From: Octopus bimaculoides
Lineage: Eukaryota
Reading direction: 5' to 3'
Assembly (NCBI RefSeq): GCF_001194135.2
Contig: NC_068983.1
Coordinates: forward strand, 29,648,711-29,688,457
Length of the DNA stretch: 39,747 nucleotides
The notes under the pieces are model-generated. The model had not been told where the DNA came from. It searched no databases and was given only the letters and a program-made list of their open reading frames with translations. The translations under genes were made by a program, and so were the position numbers. Below, piece by piece: positions 1 to 12,039 of the stretch (its first letter is position 1; each line of letters opens with the position of its first letter).

Positions 1-140
1 TGCTGGTATGCTTGCATCCCCACATATTTAGCGGTTCGGCAAAAGTGTCCGATAGAATAAATACTAGTTGCTCGACTAAATGCGGTGCTCCAGCTTGGCT
101 GCAGTCAAAATGACTGAAACAAGTAAAAGAATAAAAGAAT
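1..140 (+). mobile_element. SINE family A, 3' part
   Basis: Matches the 3' end of the full copies at 6930 and 9290 (...GCGGTGCTCCAGC...GACTGAAACAAGTAAAAGA). Confidence 0.85.
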
Positions 141-280
141 ACATAGATATATATATATATCAAAAGGATGTGTTATAATATCTATTTATATGTATGTGTG
201 CATTCATGTATACATGTACGACGCACACACACACATCCTATAGATATATGTATATATACATATACATACAAATGTGTGCT

Positions 281-324
<44 letters not shown>

Positions 325-600
325 TAGATATATATATATGATGTGAATGTGTGTATTCCAGGATGTTTTTACATGTTTTTCTTGTTCTTGCCATCGGTTA
401 CTTGATACACGCTGGCAGCATAACGTACTAGAGAAACGTTTTAAACGCACTTGTGAAACAGATTGTAACTTTAAAATACTGTTACTTCGAAAATTAAGTG
501 TTTCGGCGTACCTATTCACTTCACGCTTCATAAATTGATTACTCGCACACCTATACATATGAAATCGTATGTATGTATTATGTATATATGTATGTATATG

Positions 601-645
<45 letters not shown>

Positions 646-737
646 NNNNNNNNNNNNNNNNNNNNNNNNNNNNNNNNNNNNNNNNNNNNNNNNNNNNNNN
701 NNNNNNNNNNNNNNNNNNNNNNNNNNNNNNNNNNNNN

Positions 738-794
<57 letters not shown>

Positions 795-981
795 ATTATT
801 ATTAGCAAATATATATTCAACAAATCCACTACCAAAACGGTCAAATCGAAATCAATTCCAACATTCTTATAACATTGTATACAGTATCAAATAATCTGAA
901 CTGGGTGACCTCATATTTGAAGAATACGTAGAAACGTGTGCCCCTCTGCGTATGTGTACGTGTTTGTGTGCACAAACATAT

Positions 982-1015
<34 letters not shown>

Positions 1016-1025
1016 TCGCACGCAC

Positions 1026-1090
<65 letters not shown>

Positions 1091-1512
1091 CATACATACA
1101 TACATACATACATACATACACACACACACATATATATATATATATACAAGAGTGTGTATACACACTGTTGTATATATACAGATACCATGTATGTATATAT
1201 ATATGTGTGTGTGTGTATCTATGTATGCATATATGCATGTTCAACATTATGGCATGTAAAACGAGTATACACTAAGTACAGTAAGTGTTTAATCTGTAAG
1301 ATTCTATTTTTTCTTGTTGCTGATTAATATGGTCACATGATTGAAATTTATATGCATGTATGTATGTATGTAAGCATGCATGCATGTATGTATGTATGTA
1401 TGTATGTATGTACACATGTATATCTGCGTTTGTGCATGCAGACATGTATATGTACACGCACGCAAACTACTGCATTAAATGCATATGTCCATATATGTAC
1501 ATATATGTACAT

Positions 1513-1545
<33 letters not shown>

Positions 1546-1880
1546 NNNNNNNNNNNNNNNNNNNNNNNNNNNNNNNNNNNNNNNNNNNNNNNNNNNNNNN
1601 NNNNNNNNNNNNNNNNNNNNNNNNNNNNNNNNNNNNNNNNNNNNNNNNNNNNNNNNNNNNNNNNNNNNNNNNNNNNNNNNNNNNNNNNNNNNNNNNNNNN
1701 NNNNNNNNNNNNNNNNNNNNNNNNNNNNNNNNNNNNNNNNNNNNNNNNTATATATAAAGAAAAGAATGCATACATATATGTATGTATATATATGTATGTA
1801 CGTATGTGTGTGCGTGTGTTTGTAAATCCTTATACTTTTGTATAGCTGTATATATAAATACAATACACATGTACACACTT
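140..1880. repeat. dense (TA)n/(TG)n/(GA)n/(TATG)n microsatellite block containing two N gaps (646-737, 1546-1748)
   Basis: Direct reading. Confidence 0.95.
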
Positions 1881-2404
1881 ACAAATATACATTATCCAGT
1901 CATAACCTTATGTTAGAAATAATCAATTCCATAAAAATAATGTTTCTCCTGATCGTTGCGTAAATATCTCAGAAAGTGACGAAAATAACAACAATATATA
2001 TACATATATATATATATATAAGTAATAGAAGAGATGGTTTAGATGATGAACAAATTTCACAGGAATCAATTTCTGTGATAGAATTACCAATTTTTCGTAT
2101 TTATTTTCAAATAAATAGCTCTGTCGCTATAACGCTTTTGTTTTCGTTCTTTCATTCCGATTTTTGTATTTTCGACATCTCCTGGTTTTGATGAAAACAA
2201 TTCTGATAAAGTATAAACATGTTTATTGCTTGAAATATGGAAGGTCATTAAGGCGAAACAAGTCAGTCATCACATGGTGAGTAAACAGACGTCGTATTGC
2301 ATCACTACGAAAACGGATGTTTGATGTTGTTTTGGCTTAATATTTGCGTGGCTCAAATTAGAAAAGTAGTTGTGTTTTGCTTTAATATTATTATCACTAT
2401 CATT

Positions 2405-2448
2405 ATTTTTTATTGTTGTTGTTGTTCTTCTTCTTCTTCTTCTTCTTC

Positions 2449-2515
<67 letters not shown>

Positions 2516-2555
2516 TATTGTTATTATTATTATTGTTGTTGTTGTTGTTGTTATG
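2405..2555. repeat. compound trinucleotide microsatellite (GTT)(CTT)(ATT)(GTT)
   Basis: Direct reading. Confidence 0.95.
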
Positions 2556-2717
2556 TTTCATCCAGCTGAGAATAGTTGATTCAAACAATTGCTTATTGTT
2601 ATCAGTTCTTGTGGCTCTTTTTACTCTGGTTTTATAATATGGCTTTGTTTGTTTGTTTTGTGCAAGCGATTTGAGAATTTACATTAGTTATCTTCAGGTA
2701 AAATGTCGAAACATGCG

Positions 2718-2751
<34 letters not shown>

Positions 2752-2989
2752 AACGTACGAAGCGTCCGATGCTTGCTTGTCTATGTGAGAAGTCATGACT
2801 TGACAGAATACCAGTAATATAAGCAGCAACAGCTTATATTACTTTTCCTACACACACACACACACACACACACACAGAGAAACACACGCACGCGTACTGT
2901 CACCTCTACTTTTCTTAACTTGTATAACTGGACTGGTATGCGCAGTTTTTATTAACTGGATTAACATGCGTAGCTGTTGTGGAACTGGT

Positions 2990-3325
2990 ATCAGAATCGA
3001 TGAGTTTACGGTCGGTTGGCTGATATTTGCCGACGACATGATAATCTGTGTCTCATTAGAAGCTGATCTCCAGCAAACATTGAATGGATTCGCTGACGAT
3101 TACTGCAAGGCAGGGATGAGAAGTAACGGTGTAAAAGCTGAGACATCGGTCTTATCAAGAAAGTCTTCCTGGTGCATTCTGCATGTTAGAGGAACATCAC
3201 TGAGACAAGTGGAGAAGTTTAAGTATCTCGGGGTCTTATTCATGAGTGATGAGTTGCAGGAGGCTGAGCTTGGTGCTAGAATTGCAGGTGTTGGAACTGT
3301 AAGGCGTCAGCTGCAGCATTCGGTA
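2990..3325 (+). mobile_element. non-LTR retrotransposon RT fragment (RTE-like)
   Basis: ORF 2966-3349 contains LIFADD...LQQTLNGF...QVEKFKYLGV...ELGARI, typical of the RT C-terminal region of APE-type LINEs. Confidence 0.85.
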
Positions 3326-3334
3326 TACCGGATA

Positions 3335-3593
3335 TATATATATTTGTAAAGGAGGACAGCAAACGCTAAGGCAAGACAAACATCTCAAGTTATATACGTT
3401 ATTATTATTGAAAAATTTAAAGTCTTACAGCTGCTTCTGGGATATCTGAAAATATGGAATGTCCCGTCATCAGAGACAAATATTTTGAGATAACCCCAGA
3501 AACAGCTGTAACACTTAAAATTTTTTAATAATAATTACGTATATGACTTGAGATGTTTGTCGTGCCTTAGCGTTTGTTCTCCTCCTTAACAAG

Positions 3594-3598
<5 letters not shown>
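3335..3598. mobile_element. inverted pair of Penelope-like pseudo-LTR fragments with a hammerhead-like core
   Basis: About 120-bp imperfect inverted arms; the minus strand has GTCT-CTGATGA-...-GAAG-CAGCTG-TA-AGAC. Confidence 0.6.
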
Positions 3599-3650
<52 letters not shown>

Positions 3651-3783
3651 NNNNNNNNNNNNNNNNNNNNNNNNNNNNNNNNNNNNNNNNNNNNNNNNNN
3701 NNNNNNNNNNNNNNNNNNNNNNNNNNNNNNNNNNNNNNNNNNNNNNNNNNNNNNNNNNNNNNNNNNNNNNNNNNNNNNNNNNN

Positions 3784-3814
<31 letters not shown>

Positions 3815-4619
3815 TGCAATCTTCGTACTTCGCATGCTCACTGCTTTTGTGGCAGAATATATAAGAACACAGAGTGGACAAAGATTTTATGAAATTTAAT
3901 GCAATATGGCTGTCGGAGTTTTCCTTTTACTACAATATCCTGCGATGCGTTTGCAATACCAATACTGGAGTCAGCATTTAACATACTTGACTTATGTTTA
4001 GGGGAAAATCCGCTCCATAGATATTAAAACCAGCAAGATCCTGATATCAAGTGGCTGATTTCACATCTCAAATGCTTTTCCGTTATAATTGTTTCCGGCA
4101 AGCTTCATCTTGAATTGATAATGGTATGTATTTATTATTGAATGTATTTTAGTGATTCCAAGTAAGGCCATTTTGAGTCATTAAAGTACATTCAAACATC
4201 GATTGAAATTATGCTTAGTGGCTACTGTAATTCTGCATGAGGCCGAATATAAAAGGAAAATTATATTGCAAGTACTTGGAGAATCAGGGTTACTTCGTTA
4301 TATATTTATTGAATTAGCATAACGCTGAAAAATCCGATCGACTATTTACAACATTTGATAACTATCTTTAACTGATACAAGGGTATAGATTTAGTATGGC
4401 CAAACAAGAACTAAATGTGTCTTTGTTCCATGTGTAGTGAAAATAATTCACCTAGCCAAAACTAGCTTTCCAAATAACACCTTAAACGAACATTTGTGCG
4501 GATAGTCTAAGGTTAGTATGATGAGGAAGTAAAAGAGAAACTAGTCAGAAAAACTGATTTCCCATTCAAGCAAACCAAAGCGGATACCCGTGATAATAAA
4601 GCAGTGTGTGAACAAATAA

Positions 4620-4922
4620 CCCCTTCTACTATAAGGCACAAGACTTGACATTTTGTGGGAGGGGTATAGCCGATTACATCAACTCCAATGCTTAACTGGT
4701 ACTTAACTTATCGACCCAGAAAGGATGAAAAGTAAAGTCGACCATGGCGGAATAAATGGTAAATAATGTGCTACCAACGACATGTTTTAGTGGCAAGCGT
4801 GGCTATATGGTTAGGAAAATCGCTTTACAACCATGTAGTTTCGGATTTAGAGCGTAAAGATGGACGAAATGCCGCTAAGCATTTTGTCTGACGTGCTAAC
4901 GATTCTGTCTGATCGCTGCCTT
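4620..4922 (-). mobile_element. SINE family B with 15-bp target-site duplication AGTGTGTGAACAAAT (4603-4617 / 4923-4937)
   Basis: Head GGCRGCGA-C-GRCAGAATCGTTAGC, body CTTTCATCCTTTC; an exact flanking direct repeat is visible. Confidence 0.85.
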
Positions 4923-5307
4923 AGTGTGTGAACAAATGATGGTGTTTAAATAAACATGAATTTAGACCTACTGACATCATCGTAGCTAAGTAGACAATGG
5001 AACAAATATGTTTTAGATACAGTCATAGTAGTCATCATCCAGATAAATGCTCATTCAGAGTGGCATAATCTTGTGGATGTCAGAAAGAGAAACAGAACAT
5101 GTAAAGCCAGTGTGCCGTTGTAAGAAGACGCCAGTACAACGAAAAGCCTATTCTTAACTTCTTGTCCAAGAAGAGCAAGAATGTAGAGATAAAAACGATG
5201 AGAAAGCACAATTATGTACTCTTGATGTCGGCAGTATCATCCTACAAATAACAAGAACTCTATTAAAAATATGGCTCTTAAAGTGAGTAATAGCAATTTA
5301 CGCATTA

Positions 5308-5492
5308 AGTCGGCGAGCTGACAGAATCGTTAGAATGCTAGGCAAAATGCTTAGCGTCTTTATGTTCTGAGTTCAAATTCTGCCCGGGTCGATTTTCCTT
5401 TTCATCCTTTTAGGGTCGATAAAATAGTGCCAGTTGATCACTAGGGTCGGTTTAATCGACTTACCTCATCTCCCGAAATTGTTGGCCTTGAA
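5308..5492 (+). mobile_element. SINE family B
   Basis: GGCGAGCTGACAGAATCGTTAG...TTCATCCTTTTAGGGTCGATAAA. Confidence 0.85.
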
Positions 5493-5589
5493 ACTAATTT
5501 ATCCATGGAAGTAGTTTCTTCACTTATTTCCGTGCAATATGTTGATCAGAAAGGATTACAATGGTTATCAGCATACATATACTCTTTTC

Positions 5590-5994
5590 CCTTTTACTCT
5601 TTTACTTGTTTCAGTCATTTGACTGCGGCCATGCTGGAGCACCGCCTTTAGTCAAGCAAATCGACCCCGGGACTTATTCTTTGTAAGCCTAATACTTATT
5701 CTTTCGGTCTCTTTTGCCGAACCGCTAAGTGACATTAAACACACCAGCATCGGCTGTCAAGCAATGCTAGGGGGACAAACACAGATACACAAACATACAA
5801 ACACACACACATATATATATATACATATATACTACGGGCTTCTTTCAGTTTCCGTCAACCAAATCCACTCACAAGGCTTTGGTCAGCCCGAGACTATAGT
5901 AGGAGACACTTGCCCAAGATGTCACGCAGTGGGACTGAACCCAGAACCATGTGGTTGGTAAGCAAGCTACTTACCACACAGCCACTCCTGCGCC
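5590..5994 (-). mobile_element. tRNA-derived SINE family A, near full length
   Basis: Head GGCGCAGGAGTGGCTGTGTGGTAAG...GGTTCAGTCCC, an internal (TG)n tract and an AAGAGT-type tail; reverse complement of the 6930 copy. Confidence 0.9.
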
Positions 5995-6009
5995 TATATA
6001 TTATCTTTT

Positions 6010-6520
6010 CAGTTCTAATTGTATCTAGACAATTTGACTTGATCTTATTAATTTTGATAAGTATGGCCCTGGTGGTTGTAAGTTACTGTCATGTACTGTG
6101 TGTGGCTCATATTGACACCGTTTCTTGTTCGATTTCTTGGCTACTGACTCGATTGTCTCTATGTAATTATTCAAAGTAGACAAGGGTTAGTCTTTCGCCG
6201 ACGATGTTGCCAACCATTTCATTATACTGATTAACTGTCTGCACTAGAAGTAAGCATCTTATTTTAGTGTTGTAGCTATGCATTGGTCTTGTGCAGCTCG
6301 TATCAAATTTTCTGTTTCTACTTCGAGCCCAAAGCTTTTGAGTCAGCGTTGGCTTTCACTCCGTGTTATACGTCGAAGGACATTGAGTCTAAAGTAGTTT
6401 TCCCAGCATTCTTGGAAATACATTTCGATTTAGTTTTTCTAACTCTTTTGGTTCTTTTGTCCTTACTTGAATTATTTTGTGTGACTGTAGTTGGTTTCCT
6501 GTTTGTACTTTGTCGTTTTC
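6010..6520 (-). mobile_element. degenerate REL-type non-LTR element fragment (R4/Dong-like)
   Basis: The minus strand encodes GLEVETENLIRAAQDQCIAT, resembling the L-x-x-ETE-x-x-I-x-A-x-QDQ motif that precedes the zinc knuckle in R4-clade elements; stops are present. Confidence 0.55.
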
Positions 6521-6929
6521 TTATCCATATATAAACGTTGTTTTTCTTTCTTTTCTTACTTTTTTTCTTTTTTGACATGTTTCCTTATAGCTACTAATTT
6601 CCTTTGCTTGCTTCTAGGTATGTGTCTAGTCCTACTGTTGTTATTTTGTAGTAATTATCTGTATCAAGCTTCTCCCTGTTTGTGCGGAAAGTATGTATAA
6701 TCTATTGGTATCAGCTTTGGAATGAGAACTTCAGAACTCTGTTACGATTTTCTCGTTTAAGCTTTTCAATTCCCACATAATTTCCAGTTTATTATATTGG
6801 AACTTTATTTTATAACTGAAATAGCACTAAGTTCAGATTTTAATATTAGCCTGACTTTTCTGGAATATTCTTAAGTTTTTCTTTTGCTTCTAAAATATCT
6901 CTTCCGTTTTATTGATCTTGTATTTTTTT

Positions 6930-7131
6930 GCGTAGGAGTGGCTGTGTGGTAAGTAGCTTGCTTACGAACCACATGGTTCCGGGTTCAGACCCACTGCGTG
7001 GCACCTTGGGCAAGTGTCTTCTACTACAGCCTCAGGCCGACCAAAGCCTTGTGAGTGGATTTGGTAGACGGAAACTGAAAGAAGCCCGTCGTATATATGT
7101 ATATATATATATATGTGTGTATGTGTGTGTG

Positions 7132-7166
<35 letters not shown>

Positions 7167-7363
7167 CTGTGCTTGTCCCCCCTAGCATCGCTTGACAACC
7201 GATGCTGGTGTGTTTACATCCCCGTAACTTAGCGGTTCGGCAAAAAGAGACCGATAGAATAAGTACTAGGCTTACAAAGAATAAGTCCTGGGGTCGATTT
7301 GCTCGACTAAAGGCGGTGCTCCAGCATGGCTACAGTCAAATGACTGAAACAAGTAAAAGAGTA
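6930..7363 (+). mobile_element. tRNA-derived SINE family A, full length
   Basis: A/B-box-like head, internal (TA)n/(TG)n, conserved 3' body; several copies in the window. Confidence 0.92.
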
Positions 7364-7874
7364 AGTCCTTTTTCATATTGAACCCTTCTTTGTATAGTTT
7401 GCTAAGTAAGGATAGACATCTTTCTTTTTTTCTTAATTTTATGGATATTTTCTTTCCATTTGGATTGTGGGGTTGGTTGAGTACCTATATTAGGTTCGAA
7501 GCCGGTTTTCCCTGATGTCACACTATTGTTGAGCAGGCCACATCATGCACTCAGTCAATATTCGAGCAGTTTGTTGCCTTGCTCAGAAATCCTTACAAAG
7601 TTCTATTATAATTCTTTATTCTTTCCTAAAACTATTTATTTATAGCTTGGGGAGATGTTTACGATGAACCTTGTTCGTTGGTTTCTTGTTGTTCTTATTT
7701 TCTATTTTCTTTACTCCAATTAGATCTACCTCTGTACGACTTTTAGTTGATGTGTTGTGATGTCTTGTTATTCTGTTTGTTAAGTACGAGTCAGGAGTAT
7801 GTATTTGTTGTGACTGGATATTTGCTGTGTTTCTATGGTGCCTTCGATTGGCGTCATCATCTTTTTTTAGTTTT

Positions 7875-7876
<2 letters not shown>

Positions 7877-7945
<69 letters not shown>
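7877..7945. repeat. (CT)n microsatellite
   Basis: Direct reading. Confidence 0.95.
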
Positions 7946-7951
<6 letters not shown>

Positions 7952-9289
7952 AATTTTACTCAACTACCTTTGATATCCTTTGCGTGTCGGTTCAATAGTA
8001 TTTTTATTTTGGTCTTTTTGTTTCGTCGACAAAAGCATGGAAGCAGAGAAAACAACAGCTATCAACAGCTAGTAACTTTAAGAACTCTATAATATGTAGA
8101 AGAAAATTAAATGTGTATACTCTATATAAATCCCAATTTTTTTAAAATCTGCATAACTAAACTTAATCTAGAAGGGATTGTCTCCCCTATAATACTTAAC
8201 CACTAATGGCACACTACTTGTTCAATCTCCAGTGCTAGTTGTTCGGCTATCTAGGCAAGCTTTTCAACAGAAAAGAGATATAAAAAAAGTGATTGGAACT
8301 AAGAAGGAGAGCCATCTTGAAGCCAGACTAAAGAGAAGCAAGTATGCTTTTAAACCCAGTGAAGAATACAACGCCTTTCAGTTTTATTTTATTTTAAGTG
8401 TGGTCGTTTCTGTTGTGTTGTTTTTCTTTTGTAGAATCATATGTATTTCGTATGCTAGAGATTCTGCTGTGTTTGAATTTATTTGTACTAAGTGGGTTTT
8501 TTTATATGTTGTTATATTTACTTAATTGTCAATGTTTCTTCTGTCTTTATTCCCCCTGCCCCCTTTTTTTTTTCCTATTTTAACAGTTGTTAAAATGATT
8601 GGTGTCACATTTTCCTCTCACTTCTTCGTCTTTTTTCCTCTATAGCATGCGTTACTTTATAATACTAGTTTTCAGGTGTATATCATATATGTATAATATA
8701 TAGCCACTAATCTAGACTGCGTGAAAAGGGAATATACTAGAAACCGTTATTGCGTATGCTGTTATAACGTAGTACTTCAGGTTAAAAACTAAACTGATTG
8801 GAAGGGAAGTAACTCGCGAAGAAATAATTTTAAATCATTTTTCTGTTGATTTCCCTTTGATCGTACATTCATCTTATTTTCACTGTTAATTGTGTCATGC
8901 AGAAGTTGTGTTTTCTTTGGTATAATTTCCTCCCAGTGCTTATTTTATCGGCATAGGAAAAATGAAGCCGTAAAGAGATTCTGGATGAAATTCAAACTCA
9001 GAACGGTTGTATTCAAATATCTCGCCCTACCGTTTGCAGTATCTACCTGCTCTATGCGAACGAGGAGATAAACTATCAAAAAAATCAATGAAAAAAGAAG
9101 TATTTTAATAATATATATAAAAACGAATTTGGTCTCATATTATTTTCTTTCTTCATTAAGTTGTATTACGCTTACATTAAAATTGATTACCTGAAACATT
9201 TTAGACACTGCAGATTAATTGATTAACTTCCCTTTAGATGAGTAAAATATCTTTAATAGCTCTTTAAAAAATTAATCTGTATACTTATA

Positions 9290-9682
9290 GACGCAGCAGT
9301 GGCTGTGTGGTAAGTAGCTTCGTTACCAACCACATGGTTCCGAGTTCAGTCCCACTGCCTGGCACCTTGGGCAAGTGTCTTCTACTATAGCCTCGAGCCG
9401 ACCAAAGCCTTGTGAGTGGATTTGGTAGACGGAAACTGAAAGAAGCCCGTCGTATATATGTATATGTGTTTGTGTGTCTGTGTTTGTCCCCCCTACCACC
9501 ACCACCATCGCTTGACAACCGATGCTGGTGTGTTTACGTCCTCGTAACCTAGCGGTTCGGCAAAAAGAGACCGATAGAATAAGTACTAGGCTTACAAAGA
9601 ATAAGTCCTGGGGTCAATTTCTCGACTAAAGGCGGTGCTCCGGCATGGCCGCAGTCAAATGATTGAAACAAGTAAAAGAGAG
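9290..9682 (+). mobile_element. tRNA-derived SINE family A, full length
   Basis: Colinear with 6930-7363. Confidence 0.92.
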
Positions 9683-9869
9683 TATACATTATTTTAAATA
9701 AAACTGGTCTTAATTTACGGAGATGTACTTGCATAGCAAATGACCTGATCTGAGATCGTGTGCTTGAGCGAATTAAAGGAAAGGAGGTGTTAAAGGGAGC
9801 TAACTCTAATCTACATTTGATGTATATTATGAAATATATTCATTTTATAGATCACAACTTAAACGTGAA

Positions 9870-10035
9870 AACAATCATCGACCTCAGTATTTAACTGGTA
9901 CTTTATTTTATCCATTCTTGCAGGGTTAAAATGCAAAATCTATATCGGAAGAGTCTGATCAGAGAACGTAATTAAATGAAACTATAATTTGTTAAAACTG
10001 AGTCAGAATCAACTGAATGGCGGATTGCAGCGCTT
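9870..10035 (-). mobile_element. degenerate SINE family B
   Basis: Partial match (AACTGGTACTTTATTTTATC...GCAAA). Confidence 0.55.
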
Positions 10036-10089
10036 AGTTACATCATTTTACATTCTGCGTCCACAGCTCACTAACATCAACTTTACTTT

Positions 10090-10275
10090 ATTTACATTAT
10101 TTACAATTGAGGGATATTTGTCCACATCTTGTTTGTTGTTAACACAACGTTTCGGCTGGTATACCAGATGAATGCTGGAGGGTATATCATCCGAAACGTT
10201 GTGTTAACAACAAACAAGATGAGAACAAATATCCATCAATTGTAAATAATGTAAATAATGTACATCATTCCTCGT
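10090..10275. mobile_element. inverted pair of Penelope pseudo-LTR fragments, same family as 33071-33270
   Basis: CCGAAACGTTGTGTTAACAACAAACAAGATG occurs on both strands and matches 33130-33215. Confidence 0.8.
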
Positions 10276-10439
10276 CTCTTAAATATAGAACTGTATTATC
10301 AACTTTACTTTTCATTCTTCCGAGATAATAAAGTCAGTTACTGATGTCAATATAATCATCTATAACAATAATCCCTACAATGTTTGACTTTGTGCCTATC
10401 TTAAAATCCTAAGAAAAAAGTGAACAGATTTTGGATTTA

Positions 10440-10672
10440 ACGGAGTGAATAATCATAGTTTTCAAATTTTGATATAAGAAGAACAGTTTTAAGGGTGGCG
10501 TAAGTCGATTGTATAACCCCGCGTTCTCAACTGATACTTATTTGATCGTCTCTGAAAGGATGAAAGGCATAGTCATCTTCGACAGAATTTGAACTCGGAA
10601 TGTAAAGAGCTGGAAGAAATGCCGTTACAAGTTTTGTCCGACGCACAAACGATTCTGCCAGCACGCTGCCTA
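10440..10672 (-). mobile_element. SINE family B, diverged
   Basis: AAAGGATGAAAGGC...AATTTGAACTC...ACGATTCTGCCAGC. Confidence 0.8.
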
Positions 10673-10794
10673 AACGATGTAAACAATAATAGTCTCAAAT
10701 TTTTTCACTAGGCCAGCAATTTCGGGGTGGTGGGGCTCTGTTTTATATTTTACGAGTTCATTAATTTGCAGCAGCCCATGTAAGAAAATACCAC

Positions 10795-10859
10795 CACCGG
10801 TTGTCGCTCGGTGCTGGATAGCAAACACAGACACAAAGATACACACACACACACAGACT

Positions 10860-10904
<45 letters not shown>

Positions 10905-11075
10905 GACGGGCTTCTTTCAGTTTCCGTCTACCAAATCCACTCACAGGGCTTTAGTCTGCCCGAGGAGTATAGTAAAAGACACTTGCCAAAGTTGCTACGC
11001 AGTAGCAGTGAACCTGTAGCTATGTGTTTGAGAAGAGAGCTTATTTCTTTATTGCCCACAAGGGGCTAATTTTTC
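10795..11075 (-). mobile_element. SINE family A 5' half, joined to a family B-like fragment (TTTCTTTATTGCCCACAAGGGGCT)
   Basis: Similar to other copies in the window. Confidence 0.7.
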
Positions 11076-11174
11076 TTCTCTTTTCTTTTAAAAAGATCCT
11101 TCCGCAGGTAGGAGAAGAGAGCTTCTTATCACACAGCCTCGCTTGCGCATACACACACACACACACACAGACAG

Positions 11175-11618
11175 AGGTCATTGTCGACTTACGACCTATC
11201 CGACTTACGACTGATCGACTTACGACTGATCGACTTTACGATGATTGGCGCACCAGCTCCCGGCAGCAATAATATATAGTCCGGTTGAAATTTAATGGGG
11301 TTTAAATTCTCAGAAATTAACCCGTCTATGGATGACACCAGCTAACAAACGCTTACCCTAGGTTTGGTTTTCGATCGCCACTTTGGTTATCCGAAGTGTT
11401 GGATGAATATCCTGTCGCGGAGACATCGAGGTAACCTCGTATTTGTTCATTAGACGACTGTTTCAAACTCCGAACAAATAACATAGAATGCTGTGAGTGA
11501 CTTTTACCTGGGAATGTACCTTAAGAATGTAAAAATATAAAACAAAGTTATGTAGGCCTTTAGGCCGACTTACGACTAATCAGTCGGAACCAGTTGTAGT
11601 CGTAAGTCAACGACTTAT
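11175..11618. mobile_element. non-autonomous DNA transposon (pogo/Tigger-like MITE) with subterminal CGACTTACGAC repeats
   Basis: Inverted termini containing GACTTACGAC; four tandem ~15-bp units at 11185-11245. Confidence 0.6.
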
Positions 11619-11819
11619 ATATATATATGAGAGATAGATAGATAGATAGATTTGTAGTGCAATATATGGATTCAAAGAGTCATGAGGCTATCACAGAAAG
11701 CTCCTTTAGTAGACCCGGTTATCATACGACGTAGCAATCCAATACAGAGCAGTATAATGCAGAGTACTATGCAGTTGAAATCCAGGCGACCCGATCGATG
11801 AAATAATTTCATGAGGAGT

Positions 11820-11939
11820 ATATAAACCTTAAAAAGTCAGGAAGTATGAGCGGTGAATATGTTTATTTCGCCGTAGTTTAACAAGTGGTTAAATAAATAT
11901 ACTCATTTTTCATACCTCCTGACTTTTTATGGTTTATAT
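11820..11939. mobile_element. 120-bp MITE-like element with ~30-bp TIRs
   Basis: TATATAAACCTTAAAAAGTCAGGAAGTATG ... CATACCTCCTGACTTTTTATGGTTTATATA. Confidence 0.7.
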
Positions 11940-12039
11940 AAATAAACGTATGTATGTATGCATGCATACGCACGCGATATTTTGTCTCCGTTTTTCAGGA
12001 ACAGCATGATTTGTTGGTAAACAGCCAACGGCGTTGGAG

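Noticed and set aside
182-1878. Many 60-170 aa ORFs (YIYI, HTHT, ERER)
   Set aside because: They are translations of microsatellites and N gaps. The same applies to ORFs at 2270-2637, 3515-3899, 24110-24526 and 37356-37746.
11185-11245. CRISPR-like direct repeats
   Set aside because: These are tandem 15-bp units without spacers inside a MITE end, in a eukaryotic context.
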